In this document: piece by piece, positions 49,087 to 59,954 of the stretch
Layout of the letters: each line of letters opens with the position of its first letter
Position numbering within the stretch: the stretch's first letter is position 1
Assembly: GCA_963749655.1 (NCBI GenBank)
Contig: CAVVOB010000032.1
Coordinates: 32,001 to 96,000, forward strand
Direction: 5' to 3'
Length of the DNA: 64,000 bases
From: Nitrospirota bacterium
GTDB lineage: Bacteria > Nitrospirota > UBA9217
Notes under the pieces: generated by a model
Told to the model about the DNA's origin: nothing
Databases searched by the model: none
The model's input: only the letters and a program-made list of their open reading frames with translations
Program-made: the position numbers and the translations under genes

Positions 49087-50460
49087 CTACGAGGCCTCGT
49101 ATTTGTGAAGTCGGTGCCGGAACGACCGGAAAGAGAGCCTGAGCAGCTTGGCAGCCTCGGTCTTGACGCCCCCGGATTTCTCGAGGGCCTTGTGGAGCAG
49201 CGCCTTCTCGGCGTTTTCCAGCAGCGCTTCAAGATCGATTCCATCATCTGGGATATCCATCCCGCCGAGTTCTGAGCAGGGATCCGACTCTTTGACCACT
49301 TCGGGGATATGCTCCGCCAGGATCATGTCCCCCGGCACAATGACGGACAACCGTTCAATGGTATTTTCCAGCTCCCGGACGTTCCCGGGCCAATCATAGT
49401 CGATCAGAAGTTTCATCGCTTGAGGATCTATTTTTTTCGTTCCCTGCCCCTGCTTATCCTTTCTCGAACACTTTTTCAGAAAAAAATCAACGAGCAACGG
49501 GACGTCGTCCTTTCGTTGACGGAGAGCCGGGACATGAATCGGCAGTACATTCAGTCGATAGTAGAGATCTTCCCGGAAAGTACCTCTTGCGACTTCATCC
49601 CGTATGTCACGATTGCTTGCTGCGATGATATGCACATCGACACGGATGCCCGTCGTCCCCCCTACCCGCATGAATTCACGCTCCTGAATGACACGGAGAA
49701 GTTTTATCTGGAGGGCGGGCGTGGTGGCGCTTATCTCGTCTAGGAAAATGGTGCCGCCGTCGGCGGCCTCGAAAAGCCCCTGTTTGTTCGATGCTGCCCC
49801 AGTAAACGCGCCTTTCATATAACCGAACAGTTCACTTTCCAGCAATGTTTCCGGCAACGCCCCGCAGTTGACGGTTACAATAGGGCCGCTTTTTCTCGGG
49901 CTGTTGACATGGATGGCGCGCGCGACCAGTTCTTTTCCTGTACCGCTCTCCCCCGTGATCAGCACCGTGCTGGTCGTCCCGGCGACCTGACGAATGAGCG
50001 CAAAAACCTTCTGCATCGGTTCGCTTTTCCCTATGAAATTCTCGAATCCGGCCTTGGATTCTATCTCGCGTTTAAGAAGGATGTTCTCCTTTCTCAAGAG
50101 TCGTTTTTCAAGAGAATTATTGATGACGAGCTTCAACTCGTCGATTTTGAACGGCTTGATGATATAATCGGATGCGCCAAGCTTCATTGCTTCAACGGCT
50201 GTTTCCGCAGTGGCAAAGGCCGTAATCATTACAACGACCGTTTCCGGCGATACGTCCTTGACGGTTTTGAGAACGCTTATTCCGTCCGTTCCGGGCATAC
50301 GGACATCGCTGATGACAAGATCGAAAATTTCCGCTTGGACCGCTTTTAATGCCGTATCACCGCTATCCGCTGTAACAACTTCATGGCCTTCTTTCTTGAG
50401 CATGATCGCAAGAAAGTCCCTCAGGCTCTGCTCATCGTCGACAACAAGTATTTTGCTCAT
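49087..50460 (-). CDS. pilR: Sigma54-dependent response regulator PilR (NtrC family)
   Basis: Receiver domain, GESGTGKE, GAFTGA, FREDLYYRLNV and a Fis-type HTH; follows pilC-pilS. Confidence 0.9.
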   Translation of the reverse strand: MSKILVVDDEQSLRDFLAIMLKKEGHEVVTADSGDTALKAVQAEIFDLVISDVRMPGTDGISVLKTVKDVSPETVVVMITAFATAETAVEAMKLGASDYIIKPFKIDELKLVINNSLEKRLLRKENILLKREIESKAGFENFIGKSEPMQKVFALIRQVAGTTSTVLITGESGTGKELVARAIHVNSPRKSGPIVTVNCGALPETLLESELFGYMKGAFTGAASNKQGLFEAADGGTIFLDEISATTPALQIKLLRVIQEREFMRVGGTTGIRVDVHIIAASNRDIRDEVARGTFREDLYYRLNVLPIHVPALRQRKDDVPLLVDFFLKKCSRKDKQGQGTKKIDPQAMKLLIDYDWPGNVRELENTIERLSVIVPGDMILAEHIPEVVKESDPCSELGGMDIPDDGIDLEALLENAEKALLHKALEKSGGVKTEAAKLLRLSFRSFRHRLHKYEAS

Positions 50461-50485
50461 ACGTTGCGTCCTGTCCGGGGTCGAG

Positions 50486-52164
50486 TCACCCGTTTTCCTG
50501 TCTCGACACGGATGTCGGATCTTCTGTCATCGGAAGGCTTATTATAAATTTTGTACCCTTGCCAGCTTCGCTTTCTGCCTCAATGGTGCCATGATGATCC
50601 TCAATGATACGATAAGCGATCGCCAAACCCAGTCCGGTTCCCTCGGCTTTCGTGGTGAAAAAAGGGTCGAAGAGCTTCCCGAGATACTCACGCGCTATTC
50701 CCGTCCCAGTATCGCTTATGACAATTTCGCACCGGTCCGCTTCATCGTCGCTTTGCGTATTCGGCCTAACGGTGAGTTCTATGGTCCCGCCGCTCGGCAT
50801 TGCCTGGCAGGCATTCAGCAGCAGGTTCCAAAATACCTGCTTTAATCTCTGCATATCCCCCCTGAGGCGGATATTCTGCTGCACGTTGCTAAAAATTGTT
50901 ATCTTCTCACTGAAATTTTTACTATTCTTCAGGAGCATGATAGTCTCATCCAGTAGAGCGAGAAGATCTACCTGCTCGATATGAGCACTTCTCGGTCTGG
51001 CATATTCAAGAAACTCGGTAATGATTGTATTCAATCGATCGGTTTCACGAACAACAATATCCATGAGATGCCTGTCGTCGTCTTCCAGTCTCAAGTCGCG
51101 CTGCAGCAGTTGAATTGATCCGCTGAGCGACGCAAGCGGGTTTCTGATTTCATGGGCAATGCCTGCGGCCAGGCTACCTACGGTTGCCAGCCGTTCCTGC
51201 CTCCTGATCTGCTCTTCCATCTCAACAATCTTGGTAATGTCCTGGAATGTCAGAATAATTCCGCGTACGGTGTTTGTATCGTCCTTCAGCAGGGATGCAA
51301 TCATTCCGAGTACAGCCTCGGTGCCGTCCTTTTTTGCTATCTGACTGGTAAAACGGTGCGGACGTTCTTTCAGAGAGTCAGTATGCCCGAAGAGCTCCTT
51401 GATGCTTTTGCCGAAGATCTGCTGCCATTCTTTCTTGATCTCATCAAGAGTATAGCCCGTGATCTGTTCTGCAGCAGGATTCCATGAGGTAATTTCACCC
51501 TTGAGGTTGACCGTAAGGATACCACTCCCCACGCTTCTTAGAATATGCTCCTGAAGCACGCGGAGATCTTCGAAGTCTATGCTTTTTTCCCGGAGTTCCT
51601 GCCGTGTTGAGCGGAGCCGCTCGGCAAGGTATCCGCTCAGCAAAGCTACGACGTAGAAGGAAAGAATATTGACGAAAACCTGATAAAAAACCTGACCGGC
51701 GGTAAAATTCTGGCTCCGTTGGAACCCTGGAACATTGTAATACTGCATATCCAGCATTGCGCCATATAAGATACTCGAAAGCGATGCAGCCAGATATCCG
51801 CCTCTCCGGTACAAAATAATGCTGGCCGATATAATAGCAAGGTGATACAAGATCGATAAGCCGCTGTCTATTCCGCCGGTAAGATGAACCAAAAAGGTAA
51901 CGAGAAAGATGTCGACAGAAACCTGGAGAAAGGCGAGAAATAAATAATTATTCGTACTTTTTTGAGGAGATACCGGTAAACAGCGGTCAGAGCATAAATC
52001 GAGGCAAGAACGTAGAGCAGAACGGCCGCATGGAAAGAATAGATCTTATACCTCTGTTGAAAGAAAAAAAGCGTTCCCGCCAGAAACGACGTTAAGACCG
52101 CTCTCCCCCAGATAAGCCACGTGATGCGGACAGCGTATTCCTCTCTGGTAAATTCTCGTGTCAC
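50486..52164 (-). CDS. pilS: Sensor histidine kinase PilS, with one A apparently missing from the run at 51958-51963
   Basis: Transmembrane N-terminus (ORF 51868..52164) joins ...VHLTGGIDS; PAS domain, AHEIRNPL and GTGLGL. Confidence 0.88.
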
Positions 52165-52170
52165 CTGTCG

Positions 52171-53386
52171 CTATCCGCCCGCTATGGCTCCCATCTTGAA
52201 TATAGGCATATACATAGCCACGATGACGAATCCGACCGTTGTCCCCAGAAAGATCATCAGCATGGGCTCCAGCATCGAGGTCAAGGCTGCAACTGCGGAA
52301 TCGACCTCATCGTCGTAGAAATCGGCGATCTTATTCAGCATGTTGTCGAGGGCTCCGGTAGCTTCACCGACGGAGATCATCTGGATGACCATGGGTGGGA
52401 ATACTGCGGCTTTACCGAGGGGTTCGGCCAGCGTTTTACCCTCGCTTACGCTCTGCCGGGTCATCATGATGGCTTCCTCGACGACCTTGTTTCCTGCTGT
52501 ACGCGATACGATAAGGAGCCCCTCAAGTATCGGTACACCGCTCGTGAGCAGGGTTCCGAGCGTTCGCGTGAACTTTGCCACAGCGACCCGTTGAATCAGG
52601 GATCCGGCCACAGGCACTTTGAGAGCTATGCCATCGGTCACCCGCAGACCTTTTTCCGTTTTTCTAAACTGTTTTATACCGACAAAAAAGCTTATAATGC
52701 CGATCAGAAGTCCAAGTCCTCCCCATCCTTTCAGGAAACTACTGATAGCCATTACGATCCTTGTAGGCAGCGGCAACGCTTGCCCCATGTCCGCAAACAT
52801 GGCTGCCAGCATAGGGACGACAACAACCATAAGAAGTGCGACAACGGCAACGGCAACGAACAAAATTACGGAAGGATAGATCATGGCTGATTTAATCTGT
52901 CCTTTGATTTTGGCGAATTTTTCCATATATGCTGCAAGTCTTTGGAGAATCGTGTCGAGAATACCGCCAGCCTCTCCAGCGGCAACCATATTAACATACA
53001 AATTGTCAAAAATCTTCGGATGCTTTTTCAGGGCGTCCGCGAAAGTAGCGCCGGTTTCCACATCGGTCCTTACTTGTCCAACGATGCCTGCAAGGGCTTT
53101 ATTCTCTGTTTGACTACCGAGAATATCAAGACACTGTACCAGCGGAAGTCCCGCATCGATCATCGTTGCTAGCTGACGGGTTAAAATCACAATGTCTTTG
53201 TCGGTGACCTTGGGCTGTCCAAATTTCAGTCTGATCTCTCTCGGTTTCGACTTGACCGAAATGGGAAGAATGTTCTGCTTTCCGAAGAAGGGCCAGCACA
53301 TCCTCTTTGCTGTTTGCTGCCAGCTCGCCTTTTTGCACGGTTCCCTGCCGTGTCTTACCTTCCCACAAAAATACGGTTGATGCCAT
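52171..53386 (-). CDS. pilC: Type IV pilus inner-membrane platform protein PilC, with an extra base at 53279-53281
   Basis: MASTVFLWEGK...LALLRK/QNILP junction; motifs TRQLATMIDAGLP, AGEAGGILD and MYMPIF. Confidence 0.92.
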
Positions 53387-53462
53387 ATTTCACCCCAAAT
53401 CGAAAAAATCCGTCGCCCAGAAGTTCTTCCGTTATAACTATCGCCGGAACATCAAGACCGAG

Positions 53463-54566
53463 TCAGCGATAATCTTTTTGAACAGCCTGGGATGCTGACA
53501 GACCGGAACGCCCGAGCATCTGAATGAGCTCATCCGGATTTGACGACCTTCCGATACAATCTTCGTAGGAGATCAACTTTTTAACAAACAGATCGTAGAG
53601 ACCCTGATTCAATGTTTGCATACCGAATTTGGATTGACCCGTCTGCATTTGAGAGTATATCTGATGGACTTTGTCTTCCCGGATCAGATTGCGTATGGCG
53701 GCATTCGGGATCATGACCTCGAGCGCGAGAAGCCTGCCGCCCCCAACTTTCGGGATAAGCTGTTGTGATATAACGCCTTCAAGAACGAAGGATAGCTGAG
53801 CCCGCACCTGTGACTGTTGGTGGGGAGGGAAAACATCAATGATACGATTTATCGTCTGAGCGGCGGAATTCGTATGGAGTGTGGCAAAAGTAAGGTGGCC
53901 GGTTTCTGCAATGGTCAAGGCCGCTTCGATCGTTTCCAGATCTCGCATTTCTCCTACGAGAACCACATCAGGATCCTGTCTCAGAATATATTTCAAGGCA
54001 TCTTTGAAAGATTTCGTATCGGCGTTCACTTCGCGCTGGTTCACCAGACATTTTTTGTGTGGATGAAGATACTCGATAGGATCTTCAATCGTGATGATAT
54101 GTTCCTGCCGTTCGTTGTTGATTTTGTCGATCATGGAGGCGAGCGTTGTTGATTTGCCGCTGCCGGTCGGGCCTGTTACCAGGACCATGCCTCTCGGTTT
54201 CTTACACAGGTCGGAGACCACCTCTGGGAGGCCGAGTTCCTGGAAGGTCTTGATCTTGAAGGGGATGGTTCTGATTGCGGCAGCAACGGCGCCGCGCTGA
54301 ACAAAAATGTTCGCGCGGAAACGGGAAAGGTTTTTTACGCCGAAAGACAGGTCGAGTTCGCTGTTTTCCTCGAATTTGTGCTTTTGCGCATCCGTCAGAA
54401 TGCTGTAGCAAAGATCCTTTGTCTGGGTTCCGCTCAGGGCATCGAGGCCGGGGATAGGCTTCATCTTCCCATCAATGCGGATGGAGGGAGGAATTCCCGT
54501 CGTAATGTGCAGGTCGGATGCGCCCTTTTCAATCATGTACTTCAGCAGATCATGCAGGTTTGCCAT
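53463..54566 (-). CDS. pilT: Type IV pilus retraction ATPase
   Basis: Motifs GASDLHI, GPTGSGKSTT, LRQDPD, AIRNLIRE and GMQT. Confidence 0.97.
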   Translation of the reverse strand: MANLHDLLKYMIEKGASDLHITTGIPPSIRIDGKMKPIPGLDALSGTQTKDLCYSILTDAQKHKFEENSELDLSFGVKNLSRFRANIFVQRGAVAAAIRTIPFKIKTFQELGLPEVVSDLCKKPRGMVLVTGPTGSGKSTTLASMIDKINNERQEHIITIEDPIEYLHPHKKCLVNQREVNADTKSFKDALKYILRQDPDVVLVGEMRDLETIEAALTIAETGHLTFATLHTNSAAQTINRIIDVFPPHQQSQVRAQLSFVLEGVISQQLIPKVGGGRLLALEVMIPNAAIRNLIREDKVHQIYSQMQTGQSKFGMQTLNQGLYDLFVKKLISYEDCIGRSSNPDELIQMLGRSGLSASQAVQKDYR

Positions 54567-54615
54567 TCAAGGCCCCTTTTCAGATATTTTTTACTTACCA
54601 CCCTCGAACACCGAG

Positions 54616-56466
54616 TTAGTCAGGGAACGTGTTCTCAAGGACCTCTTCAAGGGAGGTCAGACCAGCTTTTACCTTCAGCAATCCGCTCCTCCGAAGAGTC
54701 TTCATCCCCGAAGTTATGGCCTGTTTTTTAATGTCCAGAACGGACGCGCCCTGAAGGATCAACTCCTTGATTTCATCTTTGATCGGCATCACTTCATAGA
54801 GAGCGACCCGCCCTTTATAGCCGGTTTTATTGCATACTTCGCATCCCTCACCTTTGAAGCTGACCACGTTTTTCGCATCTTCAGGAGAAAATCCGGCCTG
54901 AACAAACACTTCAACGGGCAGCTTCTCGGGCTTCTTGCAATTCTGACATGATTTACGCACAAGCCTCTGAGCGAGAATGAGAATGACCGACGAAGATACG
55001 AGAAAGGGTTCAACGCCCATGTTCAGCAGACGGTTGATGGTGCTCGGTGCGTCGTTCGTGTGAAGAGTGGAGAGGACAAGATGGCCGGTCAAGGCGGCTT
55101 TTACGCCGATCTCAGCTGTTTCGTAATCACGAATCTCGCCGACCATGATGATGTCGGGGTCCTGACGGAGAAAGGAACGCAGGGCGGCGGCGAAGTTGAG
55201 CCCGATTTCATCCTTCATCTGGACCTGGTTGATGCCCATGAGGTTGAACTCGACAGGATCTTCTGCGGTCATCAGGTTTTCCGATTCTTTGTTCAACTCG
55301 CTCAGCGCGGAATACAGTGTCGTGGTTTTCCCGCTGCCCGTCGGTCCCGTGACCAGAACCATGCCGAAAGGCCGGTCAAGGGCTTGTTTAAAATCCACGA
55401 GCTGATCTTCGTCGAAACCCAGTTTGGTCATGTCGAGTTGAAGATTCGACTTGTCGAGCAGCCGCAGAACGATTTTTTCACCAAAGAGGGTCGGCAACAC
55501 CGATACCCGGTAATCCATGGTCTTGGTTTTGCCCATTTTGAGCTTGATTCTGCCGTCCTGGGGAAGACGTCGCTCTGCAATATCGAGATTGGACATGATC
55601 TTGACGCGGGAAATAATTGCGTTCTTGATCTTAAGAGGCAGGCCCATTACCGTGGTAAGGACTCCGTCGAGCCGGTACCGAACGCGAAATTTTTTCTCAT
55701 AGGGCTCGATGTGAATATCGCTCACACCCATTTTGGCTGCCCGCAACAGTACACCGTTTACGAGCTTGACGATGGGGGCTTCAACCTCCGCGGACAATTG
55801 TTCTTGCCCGCCCTCTTCAACAACTTCTAGATCGTCGACAGCCCCGTGAACAAGATCGTCGAAATCCTCAACGTCAACGACTCCGCCGACATCGATATCG
55901 TCGATCACGGAGTCCTCACTGGCCATATCGTCGAGCGAGTAGTCCTTAGCCTCGATGGTCAGTTTTTTATCTTCTTTCGTCGTCATGGCGGTCGACCCGC
56001 CTGCGCCGCCGGCTTTCGCCGTGACAAGCGATTTGGCTCCGCCGTAATATTTCTTAATTGCCTCGACGATGGCGCCCTCGGTTGCTACGACGGCTTCGAC
56101 ATTATAGCCGGTCATGAATTTGATATCGTCGATGGCGAAGATATTCGAGGGGTCCACCATGGCGATGGTGATGGTGGCACCGGCCCTGTTGATCGGCATG
56201 ATCCGGTATTTCTGGGCGACTTCGGCGGGGATGTGCTTGATTACTGCGGGGTTTATCTCGAACTTGCTCAGATCAACATAGGGAACGCCGTACTGCTTAC
56301 TCAGGAAGGTCATCAGCTTGTCTTCCTGGACAAAACCCAGCTTGACAAGTATGGATCCCAGCCTTCCTCCTTCCGTTTTTTGTACGGTAAGAGCTTTCTT
56401 GAGCTGGTCATCCGAAATCAGGCCCGACGACACGAGCATCGAGCCGAGCCTTCCTGACATTGCCAT
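54616..56466 (-). CDS. pilB: Type IV pilus assembly ATPase with an N-terminal MshEN motif
   Basis: RLGSMLVSSGLISDDQLKKALTVQ, SDIHIEP, GPTGSGKTTT and the CxxC...CxxC zinc motif. Confidence 0.96.
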   Translation of the reverse strand: MAMSGRLGSMLVSSGLISDDQLKKALTVQKTEGGRLGSILVKLGFVQEDKLMTFLSKQYGVPYVDLSKFEINPAVIKHIPAEVAQKYRIMPINRAGATITIAMVDPSNIFAIDDIKFMTGYNVEAVVATEGAIVEAIKKYYGGAKSLVTAKAGGAGGSTAMTTKEDKKLTIEAKDYSLDDMASEDSVIDDIDVGGVVDVEDFDDLVHGAVDDLEVVEEGGQEQLSAEVEAPIVKLVNGVLLRAAKMGVSDIHIEPYEKKFRVRYRLDGVLTTVMGLPLKIKNAIISRVKIMSNLDIAERRLPQDGRIKLKMGKTKTMDYRVSVLPTLFGEKIVLRLLDKSNLQLDMTKLGFDEDQLVDFKQALDRPFGMVLVTGPTGSGKTTTLYSALSELNKESENLMTAEDPVEFNLMGINQVQMKDEIGLNFAAALRSFLRQDPDIIMVGEIRDYETAEIGVKAALTGHLVLSTLHTNDAPSTINRLLNMGVEPFLVSSSVILILAQRLVRKSCQNCKKPEKLPVEVFVQAGFSPEDAKNVVSFKGEGCEVCNKTGYKGRVALYEVMPIKDEIKELILQGASVLDIKKQAITSGMKTLRRSGLLKVKAGLTSLEEVLENTFPD

Positions 56467-56500
56467 AGGAACTCCTTAAAATAAAAAAGAAATCAGTACA

Positions 56501-56529
56501 ATATTACTTTAATACTGTCGGGATGTCAA
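56501..56529 (-). promoter_or_regulatory. Sigma70 promoter of the pilB operon
   Basis: TTGACA-N17-TAATAT on the minus strand. Confidence 0.7.
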
Positions 56530-56565
56530 GATGTCACTGCCTATTTGTCCACTGCCCGTTTTCCT

Positions 56566-57423
56566 TCAATGCCCTCGGCCACGGATCTGCCGGGCCAGGG
56601 CATTCTTCATGGTCGAAACCGGCGCTTGAGCGCCCGTCCAGATTTCGAAGGCAATGACGCCTTGATACAGGAGCATCCCGATTCCCGGGAGACCTCTGGC
56701 CCCCCGCAGCTTCGCCGTTTTCAGCAATGCCGTTTCAATGGGATTGTACACGAGATCGAAAACCAGGTGCCGCCGGGTGATCCACTCTTTCTTGATGGGA
56801 AGAGGGTCCTTTTTTTTCAGGCCGAGAGGTGTAGCGTTGATCAGACAGTCAGCAGCCTCCGCAGCAGTTGCCAGCGAGTCAAGGGAAAGCACTTGCGCAT
56901 CGGCCCCGGTTTTTTCCCTGATATCCCTGGCCAGAGCGGATGCCTTTGAAGCATCAACATCATAAAAAAATACGTTTCTCGCTCTGCCGAGGGCGAGACT
57001 GAAGCCGACGGCCCTTGCCGCTCCCCCTGATCCGATGAGAAGAAACGATTTGCCTTTCGGATGAAAACCGGCATTGTCCTTCAAGGAACGAATAAAACCC
57101 CTTCCGTCCGTATTGTGCCCGATGAGCCTCTCTTTTTTAATCTGGATGGTATTGACCGCTCCGATGAGACGCGCTTCCTCGGAAAGCTCGTCCAAATAGG
57201 GAATGACCTTTTCCTTATGCGGTACTGTGATATTCAAACCGCAAAGGCCGAGGGGAATTACCGCGTTCATGGCCTGCTCCAGGCCGGAGGGACTTACTTC
57301 GAATGCGACATAGCAGGCGTCCAAATGCAGTTTATGAAAGGCAGCATTATGCATGCCCGGAGAAAAGGTATGTTCAACAGGGTGGCCGAAGATGCCGTAC
57401 AACCGGGTATGACCGGAAATCAT
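56566..57423 (-). CDS. aroE: Shikimate dehydrogenase
   Basis: Motifs GLNITVPHK, GAVNT, GHNTDG, GSGGAARA and GMLLYQG. Confidence 0.96.
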   Translation of the reverse strand: MISGHTRLYGIFGHPVEHTFSPGMHNAAFHKLHLDACYVAFEVSPSGLEQAMNAVIPLGLCGLNITVPHKEKVIPYLDELSEEARLIGAVNTIQIKKERLIGHNTDGRGFIRSLKDNAGFHPKGKSFLLIGSGGAARAVGFSLALGRARNVFFYDVDASKASALARDIREKTGADAQVLSLDSLATAAEAADCLINATPLGLKKKDPLPIKKEWITRRHLVFDLVYNPIETALLKTAKLRGARGLPGIGMLLYQGVIAFEIWTGAQAPVSTMKNALARQIRGRGH

Positions 57424-58712
57424 GCTTTGTTCCTCCGTATCGCATGAAAATTTTCAACAACATCTTTCAATGATCGAACGGGTACTATCCGGGAGCCGAC
57501 TCGATCGGACAACTGTTCCACGCTCATGCCGTCGAGGAACAGCCCATCATCCGAAACAGCATCAGCTGGTATGAAAACGAAATCTCGACGGGCCTTGTTT
57601 TCGAGAGAGGACAGGATATCGCTCCCGGTCAAAAGACCTGCAACGGTAACCGACGGACCGAAAAAATTATTCCGGACCGCAACGAGGTTCATGGAGAGCC
57701 CCCGAGTCAGCCGGAGCCGTTCCAGGAACATACGCAGGAGCGGACCGAAGGACGCCCCTGTTACGAGCGTTGCCGTGGCCGGATCGATTCGGTTCGGGAA
57801 GCGCATACGGGCGGCTGAGTCCAGGAAATCAGAGACCATCCCTACGCCGTTCTCTATCTGTGGAAAATCTTCGTAGAACGAACAGGAGGGCACCGGCAAT
57901 CTCGCTTTGATGTAAAATTCGTCGGAGGCGAATACCAATCGCGTTCCCTGCTTTCGTTTGAAACGGTCACCGAATCTTGTGGTAAAATCGATCACGCTGC
58001 GCGCTTCAGTACGGGTAAATGTCCTGAGCGGAAAGAGTCCTTTCCTGAAGGCGGTCATGCCGACGGGAACGACCGCAACAGATGCAACAGCCGGGTAAAG
58101 ACCGGAAAGATCATCGAGCGTTTTTGCAAGATGAGCACCGTCGTTGATCCCGGGGCACAGGACGATCTGCGTATGCATCAGGATGCCGCCGCTGGCCAGC
58201 CGTTTCAAGCTATCCATGATATCAGGTGCTTTCCTGTTACCGAGAATAAACGACCGGAGGACAGGGTCGGTAGTGTGCACTGAAACATAGAGCGGCGACA
58301 GGCGCTGTTCAAAAATTCGCAGCCAGTCCTGCTCTGTCAGGGATCCGAGGGTAATGTAGTTCCCGTACAGGAAGGAAGCCCGGAAATCGTCATCTTTTAC
58401 CGAAAGGCTTCTCCTGCAACCGGAAGGCATCTGGTCAACGAAGCAAAAAATGCATTTGTTTCTGCATCGTCTGACGCGCAGGGGGGATAGTGATAGACCC
58501 AGCCTGTCATCGGGTTCCTTATCTATGGTGTATGTTCTGGTCTTGTCGTCGGGGGTGAGTATCTCGAGGGTCACCTGTTCCTCGGCGATATGGAATGCAA
58601 AATCGATTACATCATTGACTTCCTGGCCATTGACGGAGACAAGCCGGTCGCCGTTTCTGAGTCCCAGTCTCGCAGCGGTCCCTTCCGGCTCGATGTTGAT
58701 GATCTCGAGCAA
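57420..58712 (-). CDS. DUF512 PDZ / radical-SAM-like Fe-S protein
   Basis: N-terminal PDZ, CRNKCIFCFVDQ, KDDDFRASFLYGNYITL and QIENGVG. Confidence 0.88.
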   Translation of the reverse strand: MLEIINIEPEGTAARLGLRNGDRLVSVNGQEVNDVIDFAFHIAEEQVTLEILTPDDKTRTYTIDKEPDDRLGLSLSPLRVRRCRNKCIFCFVDQMPSGCRRSLSVKDDDFRASFLYGNYITLGSLTEQDWLRIFEQRLSPLYVSVHTTDPVLRSFILGNRKAPDIMDSLKRLASGGILMHTQIVLCPGINDGAHLAKTLDDLSGLYPAVASVAVVPVGMTAFRKGLFPLRTFTRTEARSVIDFTTRFGDRFKRKQGTRLVFASDEFYIKARLPVPSCSFYEDFPQIENGVGMVSDFLDSAARMRFPNRIDPATATLVTGASFGPLLRMFLERLRLTRGLSMNLVAVRNNFFGPSVTVAGLLTGSDILSSLENKARRDFVFIPADAVSDDGLFLDGMSVEQLSDRVGSRIVPVRSLKDVVENFHAIRRNKA

Positions 58713-59147
58713 TCAGGTGCTCCTTTTGGATGCGAACATGAAATCGACATAGCCGGCGATCTGCGTCCTGGCTTCGTCCGAGACTTGTCTGAACTTTCTG
58801 AGAATCATGATCTCATCGACGCTCAGGATCTTCTCGAGGTAATTGATCTGTTCTTCGGAAAGAGGAAATTTGCGTTTTCCTCTCCGAAATTTTGCCTGCG
58901 AAGGAGAAAGGAAAAAACCTTTGACCTCGGCGGGAACCTTTTCCTGGTGTGCAGCCAGGATGAGGACCGATTTATCAAGGTGCAGCTTGTTTGCGATCAT
59001 TATCAGCGTCTTATCCTTCGGAATGTGCCCCTTGTTTATCGTAACCCGCAACAGTTCGGGGCTGATGCCGAGGACTTTCGAGGCGTCTTTCAGGTTTTTA
59101 AAACCCTTTTTTTCAAGAGCCTGCCTGATCATGTCAGAAATCTTCAT
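58713..59147 (-). CDS. Putative XRE-like helix-turn-helix transcriptional regulator
   Basis: N-terminal LKDASKVLGISPELL HTH-like segment; abuts the DUF512 gene. Confidence 0.6.
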   Translation of the reverse strand: MKISDMIRQALEKKGFKNLKDASKVLGISPELLRVTINKGHIPKDKTLIMIANKLHLDKSVLILAAHQEKVPAEVKGFFLSPSQAKFRRGKRKFPLSEEQINYLEKILSVDEIMILRKFRQVSDEARTQIAGYVDFMFASKRST

Positions 59148-59182
59148 TCTGTCCTCCCAAGATGATTCAGATTCATGATATA

Positions 59183-59710
59183 CTATCCGACGATCTTCGT
59201 ACCGCGCGCTACGTACTGGATGCCTGATGTCAGGGTAAATCCGGCAGTAACCCAGGACAACAGGGACATGGCTTCAGGAGCATTTCCGTAGATGACGAAT
59301 ATCAAGGTGAGCGTAACAACGGCTAGTTGCAGCAGTGTCGTGGTTTTCCCGATGATCGACGGCCTTGCCATGAAGTGATGGCCCGTGAAATAGATCGCAA
59401 TACTGCCGAGCACGAGAATAATGTCCCTGCTCACTACGATAATGACAAGCCAGACGGGAAGCATATCAAGCAGTACCAGCGTAACAAATGCCGAGATGAT
59501 TAAAAGCTTGTCCGCCATGGGGTCGAGGAACGCGCCGAGTTCGGTTTGAGATTTGGTGAGGCGGGCGATCAGCCCGTCGAGAGCATCAGTCACACAGGCA
59601 ACGATGAAAACGATCAGGGCCTCCTGGTAGTAGCCGTATATCATCAGGTTGATGAAAAAAGGGATCAGGACAATTCTCAACAACGTAATATAGTTGGGAA
59701 GGTTCATCAT
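59183..59710 (-). CDS. pgsA: CDP-alcohol phosphatidyltransferase (PgsA-like)
   Basis: NLPNYITLLRI and the signature DALDGLIAR...GAFLDPMADK. Confidence 0.88.
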   Translation of the reverse strand: MMNLPNYITLLRIVLIPFFINLMIYGYYQEALIVFIVACVTDALDGLIARLTKSQTELGAFLDPMADKLLIISAFVTLVLLDMLPVWLVIIVVSRDIILVLGSIAIYFTGHHFMARPSIIGKTTTLLQLAVVTLTLIFVIYGNAPEAMSLLSWVTAGFTLTSGIQYVARGTKIVG

Positions 59711-59737
59711 CACCCCGGTTACGACAAGTTGGCCATA

Positions 59738-59766
59738 ATATTAAACAGATTAATTTGTGATGTCAA
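59738..59766 (-). promoter_or_regulatory. Sigma70 promoter of the pgsA operon
   Basis: TTGACA-N17-TAATAT on the minus strand. Confidence 0.7.
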
Positions 59767-59843
59767 CCTTTTTCTTTTTGTTACCATTTGTTTTTGTTAT
59801 ATGGTGAGGAAGCACTGTAGAAGGGTAAAAACGGGGAGCAATC

Positions 59844-59918
59844 TGGAGCCGGCGGTCAGGATTGAACTGACGACCTGCTGATTACGAATCAGCTGCTCTA
59901 CCACTGAGCTACGCCGGC
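59844..59918 (-). tRNA. tRNA-Thr(CGT)
   Basis: 75-nt cloverleaf GCCGGCG...CGCCGGC-T-CCA; anticodon arm GCTGA-TTCGTAA-TCAGC; T loop TTCAATC. Confidence 0.97.
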
Positions 59919-59954
59919 GAGGAATGACCGTGGCAAGTGTGCGTAAGACTGTTG

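Noticed and set aside
59844-59918. tRNA-Thr as an island or prophage integration site
   Set aside because: No integrase or duplicated tRNA 3' end is visible, and pgsA follows directly.
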